Shown one piece after another: positions 8,689-17,084 of a stretch of 64,000 nt of DNA (positions are counted from its first letter, which is position 1; each line of letters begins with the position of its first letter). The stretch lies in contig CAMBQN010000002.1 in the NCBI GenBank assembly GCA_945870025.1, forward strand, positions 75,762 through 139,761, given 5' to 3'. The notes beneath the pieces are model-generated. The model was given only the letters and a program-made list of their open reading frames with translations, had not been told where the DNA came from and searched no databases. The position numbers and the translations under genes were made by a program. The stretch comes from Akkermansia muciniphila (GTDB lineage Bacteria > Verrucomicrobiota > Kiritimatiellia > RFP12 > JAAYNR01).

Positions 8689-9693
8689 TTAGCGCCATTC
8701 GGAACGGGCCTGCCGTCTATCCCTCGTTCCTGCCGCACAAACCCGTCGGGACTCCTCCGGATCGAGTTGCACCTGCAGGGCTCCCATGCTCTCGCGGATG
8801 TGATCCGGTGAACGGCTGCCGATGATCGGAAATGTCGGGAATGGCTGGTGCAACAGCCAGGCCAGCGCCACCTGATTCACCGTGCATACCTTCTGCGCCG
8901 CCATCTTCATGGCCCGTTGCAGCCGTTCCCGGTTCGCAGGCGAATCATAGCTCGCGCCGCGTGGCGCGGGTCCCGCAAAACCTTGCCTGGCCCACTGCAC
9001 GTTCGCTTCGCCAAAATACCCGCCAGCCTGCGAGGAATACGACGCCAGAGGAAACCCCGTCCGCGTGTGCCAGTCCAGCGTGGCGTCATCCACATAGAGC
9101 ATGGGCGAGACATCAGCCCAGTGCGTTGCATGCGCGGCGAGACTCCACCCCGGCTGGTTCGTGACAAAGCCTTGGATGCCCGCCTGCTGCGCATAGGCGT
9201 TCGCGGCCTCGATGCGGGCCGGCATCCAGTTCGAGGCGCCGAAACAGCCGATGCGATTGCAGCGGTTGAGCTCCGCCAGATTGTCCATGATGGCGGCCAC
9301 CGGCATGCCGGGATGATCCCGATGCAGCCAGTAGATGTCCACGCGCTCAACCTGCAACCGCTCCAGACTCTGAGCAAAATCCTGGCGTAGATCGTCCATG
9401 CCGCAACGCCCGCAATCCATGGCGCCGAGATCCGGATGCCCGCCCTTGGTGCCGAGAATGATTCGGTCCCGCGCGTTCCGCGAACGGATCCATTCCCCCA
9501 CCGTGCGTTCGCTGGCCCCCACGCCGTTAGATTCCCAACTGGAGTAGACGTGCGCGGTATCCAGCACATTGCCGCCGGCTTCTAGATAGGCGTCCATAGC
9601 CGCGAACGCCTCCTCGCGCGAAATGTTGGAGCCGAAGCTCACCGTTCCGAGGGTGATGCGGGAGGGGGAGAGGTTGGTGGTAAATGGATTCAT
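8689..9693 (-). CDS. Aldo/keto reductase family oxidoreductase
   Basis: The ORF extends to 9744; the preferred start is ATG 9693 (MNPFTT...). AKR motifs: LGTVSFG, LDTAHVYS, ILGTKGG, ERVDIYWLHRD, PIIGSRSPDHIRE. Confidence 0.8.
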   Translation of the reverse strand: MNPFTTNLSPSRITLGTVSFGSNISREEAFAAMDAYLEAGGNVLDTAHVYSSWESNGVGASERTVGEWIRSRNARDRIILGTKGGHPDLGAMDCGRCGMDDLRQDFAQSLERLQVERVDIYWLHRDHPGMPVAAIMDNLAELNRCNRIGCFGASNWMPARIEAANAYAQQAGIQGFVTNQPGWSLAAHATHWADVSPMLYVDDATLDWHTRTGFPLASYSSQAGGYFGEANVQWARQGFAGPAPRGASYDSPANRERLQRAMKMAAQKVCTVNQVALAWLLHQPFPTFPIIGSRSPDHIRESMGALQVQLDPEESRRVCAAGTRDRRQARSEWR

Positions 9694-9793
9694 AGACACT
9701 TTATCATCCTTCCTCCTGCCACCACAACCCATCCGACCTTGCACACTTCAGAAGGTCGCGGGGGCAGTCCCCGTGAACACACTGCCGCGCCCA

Positions 9794-10807
9794 TCACTCG
9801 ATCGCCGCCTGCGCCATGGCCTCGAAGTTGGCTGGCGGCACGTTCGGGAGCAGCGCCTCGTGGCTCGGGCTCACGATGAGCCGCGGCCCGAGCAGCGCCT
9901 TGACCCGCCGGACCTCCGCCCTCACGTCGTCCGGAGTCCCGTGAACGAGGAGGTGCTGGGTGTCGATGCCGCCCATAAAAGCGATGCGGCCTTTGAAGTC
10001 CCGCGCCAAGGTCGCGGCGTCCATGTTCGCGGCCAGGGCCTGAAGCGGATGCAGGCAGTCCACGTCCGCGTCGATCAGGCGACCGATGACCTTGTGAATG
10101 GCGCCACAAGAGTGCAGCAGGGCCTGGTAGCCGTGGGCGTGCGCCTGCTTCGTAAAGCGGACGAACCACGGCAGGATGAATTGGTCGAACTGCGCCGGGC
10201 CGCAGATCAGGTCGAGCTGGGTGCCGAAGTCGTTGCCGAAGAAGAAGCCATCCACTTCGCGGCCTGCGACCGCGAAGAAACGTTCGTTGGCCTCGAAGTA
10301 GAAGCCGCAGACCCGGTCTGTCACGGCCTGCACCACCTCGGGATGGGTGTGCATCTTGACCATGTAGTTCTCCATCCCGAACAGATCCATCACGTTGTGG
10401 TAAAAGCAGGTCCAGAAGCCGCTGGCTCGGTAGACCTCGCCGGCTGACCGGAGTGTCGCGAGGCAGGCATCGAAGGAAAGGTAGTCGGGGTTGGGCCAGG
10501 GAAAGCTCTCCACCTCCGCCGGGTCTTCACAGTCGGCCAGAGGGCCCGCCTGGCCGTGGGACGTCTTGATTTGGCCGAAGTCGAACATGCCGCGGCCGTT
10601 CGGATTACGATACGCATCCGGGAAGAACTGCGGACAGATCCAGCGCAGGTCGTCCCCGAGCTTGCGCCGCAGTTCCTCCTCGGTCTTCGTGCCGAAATAC
10701 GTGTGCAACCCCGGCCAGCTCGCGCCATCGGGGTTCCCGAGCCACAGGCCACAACGATCGGCGGGCTCGCCTGCGATGATGGCGCTGATCCGTTCACGAC
10801 TGTTCAC
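9794..10807 (-). CDS. Uroporphyrinogen-decarboxylase (URO-D) family protein, MT2/MtaA-like with an H-x-C-G motif
   Basis: The ORF-track start at 10888 is TTG. The preferred start is GTG 10807, with AAGGAG 8 nt upstream. N-terminus: VNSRERISAIIAGEPADRCGLW. LLHSCGAIHKVI supplies the H-x-C-G motif. C-terminus: FMGGIDTQHLLVHGTPDDVRAEVRRV...SPSHEALLPNVPPANFEAM, typical of URO-D family proteins. Confidence 0.65.
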   Translation of the reverse strand: MNSRERISAIIAGEPADRCGLWLGNPDGASWPGLHTYFGTKTEEELRRKLGDDLRWICPQFFPDAYRNPNGRGMFDFGQIKTSHGQAGPLADCEDPAEVESFPWPNPDYLSFDACLATLRSAGEVYRASGFWTCFYHNVMDLFGMENYMVKMHTHPEVVQAVTDRVCGFYFEANERFFAVAGREVDGFFFGNDFGTQLDLICGPAQFDQFILPWFVRFTKQAHAHGYQALLHSCGAIHKVIGRLIDADVDCLHPLQALAANMDAATLARDFKGRIAFMGGIDTQHLLVHGTPDDVRAEVRRVKALLGPRLIVSPSHEALLPNVPPANFEAMAQAAIE

Positions 10808-10889
10808 AGGGTGGTCTCCTTTGCTGTCGAACTCAGTTCCGAAACATCTCGCGTCAGCCTGATTGAATACATGGCAAACCTTTCTCAAG

Positions 10890-12782
10890 TCACGGTTTGA
10901 ATTCCGGATCGACCCGCGTGGCCAGCAGCAGAAACACCAGCGCCCAGTCCTGGTCGTTGGCCAGTGAATCCCGGCAGCGCGCCGGGTTACCGTTGATCAT
11001 GTCGGGGTAGATGTAGGCGCAGGAGGCCCGGCCGTCCGGACGAAAGGCGCTGAGGTTATTCAGTAAGATCTCGCGCCCACGCCGCCGGTAAGACTCGTCG
11101 CCGGTAGCCTGCCAATACCGGTAGAACACCCAGCCGGTCAGCGCGCTCCAATGATGCGGGAACGTATCGCCCCAGAGTCGCTGCCGGCCGAACCAGTAGC
11201 CGTCCCAGTGCCGGATGGCGATGTCGTTGAGGTGGTGATCCGGCTGCCGGCCGTTGAATGCTTCGAGCAGCGGCAGGAACTCCTCCACGCACCTCAGATA
11301 GCGTGCATCTCGCGTACAAAGATACGCTTCGATCGGAATCAGTGTTGCTGGGCCGACTATGGTCTGCTCGTAGTTCACCTCGTGCGGCGGCAGGTGGGTG
11401 CCTGTGGCGACCACCGCATCGGCATGGCCGCAAAACAGTTTGAGCAGTTCCGCCGCTTGGCGGTCGCGCCCCGCCTGACGAAAGGCCGAGATCGTGTCGA
11501 ACATGGGGATCGGGAAGGCATAGAACTTCGCGCCGCCCCGACGATAGTACTGGCGGAAGGTCCGGTAACAGTCGTCAAACGCCTGCCGTTCCAGATGAAG
11601 CTGGGCCACCCAGGGATAGTTGTAGAGTCGCTGCTCGTGATCGTTTAACGATCCCAGGACCGTGCCATCCCGGCGCTGGAGCTTGGTCTGCACGAAGTCA
11701 TGGTGGCGCTTGGCGGCGGCGGCGACCTGCCGGTCCGGCCAGCGTTGCGCGGCCAGCGTGAGCAGGAGTCCCATGCCGACGCGCTCCCGCCCTTCGTTCT
11801 GGTCCGGCCAGGCGGGGTTGTGCAGCATGGCGTCCAGATCGTTGTCATAGGCGAGCAGCGCGCCATCCAACGGGTTGTTTCGGTCGCGCATCTGCTGGTG
11901 CTTCGTAATGAACGATACGCGGCTCCGCACCCGTGCGGCCACGTCCGGCACCTGCTGGACGCGCAGCCATGTCTGGCGTTTCCCGGACAGGCGCACTTTG
12001 ATCAGATCGCCATCCGGTTTTTCGGCAACCGCGCGGCGGCCGTCGACCGTGATCTGCGGCCGGGTGCGGCCGGTTACGGTGTAGTGGTCAGCGCGCACAT
12101 CCGCGAATCCGGGGATCGCGCGGGCCTGCGCCAGGAAATCGTCCCATCCCTTGTGCCAGAAGAGCGTCCAGGCCATCCGGAACGAGGCCCCCGGCGCCAG
12201 CGTTCCGCCGCGGGCGTTCAAGACGATGGCGCCGCGGGTATTCGAGCCGCCGCCCAACCAACCGCGCCCTTCGATACTGTAGCCGCCGAAGAAGCCGGCC
12301 GTCACCACCAGGCCGAGATGCGGCGCGGTGTTCCCCATGCGCAGGGCGCACACATAGGCGACATCCCCGCCGCACCAGATATGGGCATGACAGCGCTTCG
12401 TCAGGCAGGTTGCCGCGTCCGGGTAGTTGTCATTGAACGGCGTGAAGATGCGGGTTTCCCAGATGGGCTGCGCGATCTTTCCTGTGTTGCGCAGCACGTA
12501 CTCCTCGTTCAGATGTGCGCCGTGCAGACGGCGGGTCACGGCCATCTCCAGGTGACCCATGCGATAGACGAGTTGCGCGCCTCTCTTCTTGTTGACAGGC
12601 GTCTGCCAGCGCGCCACCACGGCGCCGGGCATGGCGACATAGCCCAGTCCCCAACCGTTCGAGACCGGGAACCCGAGACTCTCGGCTGCCGAGCAGACCC
12701 AGTTCATGCCGTGGGGGTCGTCCGGGTGTGCGATCCGGGTCAGCGCGCCGGTGTGCAAATCAACCGTGACGCCCATCTTCAT
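10890..12782 (-). CDS. Conserved hypothetical protein, possibly a helical-toroid glycosidase-like protein (family unassigned)
   Basis: ATG 12782 forms an ATGA overlap with the upstream stop (12779-12782). No signal peptide is seen. The Trp/Tyr/His-rich C-terminal half (HHWSALTGWVFYRYWQATGDESYRRRGREIL) is reminiscent of (alpha/alpha)6 folds. The function was not recognised. Confidence 0.6.
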   Translation of the reverse strand: MKMGVTVDLHTGALTRIAHPDDPHGMNWVCSAAESLGFPVSNGWGLGYVAMPGAVVARWQTPVNKKRGAQLVYRMGHLEMAVTRRLHGAHLNEEYVLRNTGKIAQPIWETRIFTPFNDNYPDAATCLTKRCHAHIWCGGDVAYVCALRMGNTAPHLGLVVTAGFFGGYSIEGRGWLGGGSNTRGAIVLNARGGTLAPGASFRMAWTLFWHKGWDDFLAQARAIPGFADVRADHYTVTGRTRPQITVDGRRAVAEKPDGDLIKVRLSGKRQTWLRVQQVPDVAARVRSRVSFITKHQQMRDRNNPLDGALLAYDNDLDAMLHNPAWPDQNEGRERVGMGLLLTLAAQRWPDRQVAAAAKRHHDFVQTKLQRRDGTVLGSLNDHEQRLYNYPWVAQLHLERQAFDDCYRTFRQYYRRGGAKFYAFPIPMFDTISAFRQAGRDRQAAELLKLFCGHADAVVATGTHLPPHEVNYEQTIVGPATLIPIEAYLCTRDARYLRCVEEFLPLLEAFNGRQPDHHLNDIAIRHWDGYWFGRQRLWGDTFPHHWSALTGWVFYRYWQATGDESYRRRGREILLNNLSAFRPDGRASCAYIYPDMINGNPARCRDSLANDQDWALVFLLLATRVDPEFKP

Positions 12783-15700
12783 AAATATTCCACCGACACG
12801 CAAATCTTACCACCAACCGTCGGCAACGTGACATCACCGCTCCGGGCATCGAACGCCTGCGAGGCGCGGCCGTTGATCGTGACGGACTGGATCGGCTTCT
12901 TCTCCGGGTGACGGAACCGGAGCAGCAACCGCTCGGGCTTAACCCGGAGTTCCAGTTCAACCTCCGCCTCAATCTTCCCGGCCGCGAGCTGCGGACGGTA
13001 CTCGACCGATACGATGCCGGCGGGTGTGCTCAGCCGCGTGGCGCTGAAGGCTTGCTCCTGCGCAAACCAGGCCCGCGGAATGGCGCGGCCAATGTGCAGC
13101 AGTCCGTCCCGCTCGTAAACGAACAGGTAGGCCAGCCACTTCATGGCGTTGGACTGATCGCTGGTCTTGAAGGGCGCGCAGTTGCCAAAACCCAGCACCG
13201 GCTGTGGGTGCTCCACAAAGGCCTGCACTTCGGGGCGATAGCACGCGGCCCAGGCGTTGAAGAACATCCAGAGGTAGACCTCGATCTCGTCACGGTCCAG
13301 GTGCGGCAGCAGACCGGCCAGCAGCGCCGGTTGCGGACAGATCCCGCCGCAGTCGAACCACTCGGTTTGCGGATCGTGGATCGGGTAGCTGTAGGGCGCA
13401 TTCATGTACCGGGTGTCCTGGTAGTCGTCCAGAATCCAGCCGCCTTGTTTGCTCTCGGACTTATAGAGTCCGGAAATCAGCAGATAGACCGAACCTTCCA
13501 GCGTTTCACGAATCCAGCCGTAGTCACGCCCGCGGCAATAGAGACGGGACGGATAGTGCGGAACCCAGCGTCCATCGCGCAAACGGACCAACGGACTGTT
13601 CCGGCGCGCCTCCTCGAACCCGCGGCGCAGGTCGCGCCCAAAGGCGTCCGCCTCCCGGCGATAGCGTGTGGCCTCGGCATGGCCGAATTTCTCCAGCGCG
13701 GCGGCCGCGCTGTCCAGCCCGCGCCAGGTCAGGCAGTTGGTGCTCAACCAATAGAAGTAGTCCTCCACGTCTTCGAGCGCGCCGGCCGGCAGAAAACCGC
13801 GCTCCCAGCCGCGCGAGTGCGGCAAGGTCTTGAGCGTCTCGCGACGTTGGCGCGCGATCCATTCGGCACCTTTGATGACGCTGTCTGCCACGCTGGCGAA
13901 CCACGCACGGTCGCCCGTGTGCAGGAAGTGCTGCGCCAGCGCCCACAAACCCCAGCCGTGATGCTGATTGTAGCTCTGCCCCGACTCCCACCCACCGCTG
14001 CCGTAGAACACCCCGTCATGGTCCGTGAAACGGCCGTGCAGGCCGACGGTCCCCTGATACTTGACCCAGGCGGCCAGGCGCCGCCGGACGTCGTCCATCA
14101 TGCCGCGCTGCTGGAGTTCCTCAACGATCATGACCGACTCGTTGGTGAAGTTTCCATAGGTGCAGGCGCCCACCGACGTGCTGACGATATACGGATCGTC
14201 CGTATGGCCGTAGTCGCTCATCACGACCATCGGTAGATGCCCGGTATACACCGCGTTCAGATGCGGATCCGGTGTCTGGATCTGGGCGCTCTTCCGGCTT
14301 TCCTCGCGCCAGTAGCGCGCCATCTCGTCATAGCACCGGCCGAAATCCAACCCGCGCAGCGCCGCAATTTCGGCCTCAGACTCGACGGCGACAAACGGAA
14401 TGCGCGCCAGGAACTCGCAGGTTTCGCCGGGTTGAAGCTTCTTGCGGAAGTGCACTCCCGCAGCGGTCGTCTCGGCCGTCATATCCGTCTGAAACGCGAG
14501 GCGTGGCACCATCTCATCCTGGAATGAACCGCGGATGAGGTCGCCATCCACAACCAGTTTCTCCCGCTCGCATTTCGGAACCAGCGTATCGGTCACATCA
14601 GTCCGGTTGCCTTCGCGCGAGGCGCGGCGGTTATGCACTCGGTGCGCCTTGTGGCTATAGGCAATCGGCAACTCCGCCGTGGCCGGTGCGTCGCCGGTAT
14701 TCTCGAACGAAAAACGCACCAATGCCACCATCGTGGCGTCCGGCGCCGGTTCACCGGCCAGCATGGATTGCGTCAACGGCACCGCGAAGCATTTCTGCCG
14801 AACCCGCACGGCATCGCGCCGGAATTGCTGGTTGTAGGCCATGACCGGCCAGGGGTCGTTATGCCGGGCTTCCGACCCCCATTGGTCGAGACCGAAAAAG
14901 AGGCGTGCCAATCCCGCATTCTTCCACTTGGGTGTATCGCGCCCATCGGGTGCCCCCCACCACGAGCCGCGCTTCACCAGGCAGTCTGTCAACTCGATGT
15001 CTCCGCACGGCTCGATCCAGAACTTCTGACGGGCGTGCCGGCAGCCGCAGACATAGGGCATGGGATGCGGCCGCGGCTGACCGTTCATGGCACCGGCGAG
15101 GGACTGCTCCGACAGCGCCGCAATCTCGGTCGCTACGGTGCGGCTCCCTTTGATGCGCTCGCGGTAGTCGGCAAAAGTTTCCGGATTCCCGGCGCGGACG
15201 ATGAAGATGCCGGCGTCGGCAAACCAGATCGGACCTTGCTCGTCCAGCGCGGCCAGCGCGATCGTGAAAGAGTCCTTGCCCAGATCGAAGCGGACGTGTG
15301 CGCCGTCATTGGCGTAGCTGTGCACGGAATCCATGTGATCGATCTCAATCTCAAAGGCCGCCTGCCGGCCCGCGCCGATCCGGACGTTTGTGGCCGTCAC
15401 GCGCGTGCCGCTACCGGCGCGCACCGCGCGCACAACCGCGTTGTAGCCGCTCACCCCGATGGTCTTGGCGGCGGTCCTCCGGCCGGCGTGCAGTTCGACG
15501 CGCAATTTGCTGCGCGTCGTCTGCGACCGGGTATAGACCCGCATCGCCTGGACGGCCACCGTGCTCTCCGACACGCGGATGCCCACCGTGCGGCGGAAGG
15601 TCACCGCGTAGTCGGTCACGTCAGGAAGCTCGGCCGTCATCGCCTGGAACGTAAAGACCAAGGTGCGCTTCCCGCGCCAGACGACCTTCGTTGCGGCCGT

Positions 15701-15976
15701 CACCCATTCCGGCGTGAAGGGGTCATCCATCTTATACCAGCCGACGGACATGGGCCGCTGCTGGACCAGCTCCATCACGCGCTCGATCCGTTTGGCCCAA
15801 CCCCCGGCGTTACTTTCGCCGGGCCAGTTCTTGCGCAGGTACTGCAAGCTGGCCGTCTTGGGCGCCGGGCCGACAAAATCCACCTCAACGCTCTCGATGT
15901 CCCGCATTTCCTCGAACTTCAACTCCCCCGCCGGCGCGTTGGCCAGGGCAAAGGGGGCGATATCAAATCGTGTCAT
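12779..15976 (-). CDS. Large (1,065 aa) hypothetical protein, predicted beta-sandwich + (alpha/alpha)6-toroid + beta-sandwich glycosidase/lyase-like; paralog of 51522-54677
   Basis: ATG 15976 overlaps the stop of the upstream URO-D-like gene (ATGA). Central helical region: SYNQHHGWGLWALAQHFLHTGDRAWF, YFYWLSTNCLTWRGL. The C-terminal LHIGRAIPRAWF...VSVEY...LLLRFRHP...VTINGR resembles the C-terminal sandwich of clan GH-L/GH95-type enzymes. The family is not identifiable by eye. Confidence 0.6.
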   Translation of the reverse strand: MTRFDIAPFALANAPAGELKFEEMRDIESVEVDFVGPAPKTASLQYLRKNWPGESNAGGWAKRIERVMELVQQRPMSVGWYKMDDPFTPEWVTAATKVVWRGKRTLVFTFQAMTAELPDVTDYAVTFRRTVGIRVSESTVAVQAMRVYTRSQTTRSKLRVELHAGRRTAAKTIGVSGYNAVVRAVRAGSGTRVTATNVRIGAGRQAAFEIEIDHMDSVHSYANDGAHVRFDLGKDSFTIALAALDEQGPIWFADAGIFIVRAGNPETFADYRERIKGSRTVATEIAALSEQSLAGAMNGQPRPHPMPYVCGCRHARQKFWIEPCGDIELTDCLVKRGSWWGAPDGRDTPKWKNAGLARLFFGLDQWGSEARHNDPWPVMAYNQQFRRDAVRVRQKCFAVPLTQSMLAGEPAPDATMVALVRFSFENTGDAPATAELPIAYSHKAHRVHNRRASREGNRTDVTDTLVPKCEREKLVVDGDLIRGSFQDEMVPRLAFQTDMTAETTAAGVHFRKKLQPGETCEFLARIPFVAVESEAEIAALRGLDFGRCYDEMARYWREESRKSAQIQTPDPHLNAVYTGHLPMVVMSDYGHTDDPYIVSTSVGACTYGNFTNESVMIVEELQQRGMMDDVRRRLAAWVKYQGTVGLHGRFTDHDGVFYGSGGWESGQSYNQHHGWGLWALAQHFLHTGDRAWFASVADSVIKGAEWIARQRRETLKTLPHSRGWERGFLPAGALEDVEDYFYWLSTNCLTWRGLDSAAAALEKFGHAEATRYRREADAFGRDLRRGFEEARRNSPLVRLRDGRWVPHYPSRLYCRGRDYGWIRETLEGSVYLLISGLYKSESKQGGWILDDYQDTRYMNAPYSYPIHDPQTEWFDCGGICPQPALLAGLLPHLDRDEIEVYLWMFFNAWAACYRPEVQAFVEHPQPVLGFGNCAPFKTSDQSNAMKWLAYLFVYERDGLLHIGRAIPRAWFAQEQAFSATRLSTPAGIVSVEYRPQLAAGKIEAEVELELRVKPERLLLRFRHPEKKPIQSVTINGRASQAFDARSGDVTLPTVGGKICVSVEYL

Positions 15977-17079
15977 TTTCGTGCTTCCTCCATATACGCA
16001 TCCAGGTTCACCGCCGGTGTGCCGAGCACGAGCGGGGAGCCGTTGGCAATCACAAACGTCCCCTCGGCAGCGGCCCGGCGCTGGCGGCGCACCTCAGCGC
16101 GAATGGCCTCCGGCGAGCCCCAAAGCAGCAGGTTACTGTCGAGATTGCCGAACAGGCAGGTCTCCGGCCGGAGCATCCGCCGGATTTCCAGCGGATCGAG
16201 CGCGAATCCCTTCTTGTCTTCCTCGATCATCAACCCGGCCATGTTCAGGCTGTTGAGCCAGCGCATGTGCGGGCGGACATCCCCCAGCCAGTAGCCGAGG
16301 GGGAGCAGACCGGCCTTCCGGACTTCGGCATAGAACCAGCGCTTGGCGTCGGCCTGCACGTGTTCCTCCAGTGCAGGCGAGAGCTGGCCCAGGCTCCCGC
16401 CCATGCCTTCCGAGAAGATGTAGGCATGCGCGCCGCATGCCTTCGCCGCTAGCACTCGCGGCATGAAATTCTCGCATTGCCGCCGGATGGCATAGGCGAC
16501 CAGATCCGGATTTTCCATGGCGCCAATCATGAGATCCTCGAACGGGATCCAGGGAAGACCGTTCATGCCGTCATTCATCGCGATGAAGACCCGGTCGCCG
16601 AATGCATCGGCCAACGGCTTCATGTGGTCGAACGTGCCGGACGCCAAAATCGCGTCCACGGTCGTCTGGTCGGCATCAAAATACGCATCCACCGTCGCCA
16701 GGGATTCCAGCGTCAGTCGGGGCCCCGTGTAGGGCGTAGCGGGCACGGCCGGATCCGGCGCGAGGGCGTAGTTCTCCTGGATTTCGAGCCAGCGCTGGCC
16801 GTCCTCACTGCGCAGAAAGGCACGCTTGCCCTCCACGCGGCGTTCGCGGTTCCAACTCCAGTGTCCGGCGCCCGAGCCGCAGTGGATCCAGTCCGGCTGG
16901 AACCGTTCGTAGAGCACGCGTTCCACGCCGGCCAGCTCCGCCCCGCCCTGGTAGGGAAAAAATTTCCAATGGAACCCGGCCAACTCCACCTTGTAGTCGC
17001 CCCAACTGTGGAAAACCGTCGGCGGGGTGCTGGCGCGTTCGCCGGACAGGGCTTTTATCATGCGCTCTTTACTGGTCAT
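15973..17079 (-). CDS. URO-D family protein lacking the H-x-C motif; paralog of 54674-55780
   Basis: The ORF runs to GTG 17088. ATG 17079 (MTSKERM...) aligns with the paralog start and has AAGGGG 9 nt upstream. The C-terminus LFGNLDSNLLLWGSPEAIRAEVRRQRRAAAEGTFVIANGSPLVLGTPAVNLDAYMEEA follows the URO-D/MtaA C-terminal pattern. Confidence 0.6.
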   Translation of the reverse strand: MTSKERMIKALSGERASTPPTVFHSWGDYKVELAGFHWKFFPYQGGAELAGVERVLYERFQPDWIHCGSGAGHWSWNRERRVEGKRAFLRSEDGQRWLEIQENYALAPDPAVPATPYTGPRLTLESLATVDAYFDADQTTVDAILASGTFDHMKPLADAFGDRVFIAMNDGMNGLPWIPFEDLMIGAMENPDLVAYAIRRQCENFMPRVLAAKACGAHAYIFSEGMGGSLGQLSPALEEHVQADAKRWFYAEVRKAGLLPLGYWLGDVRPHMRWLNSLNMAGLMIEEDKKGFALDPLEIRRMLRPETCLFGNLDSNLLLWGSPEAIRAEVRRQRRAAAEGTFVIANGSPLVLGTPAVNLDAYMEEARK

Positions 17080-17084
17080 AGCCA

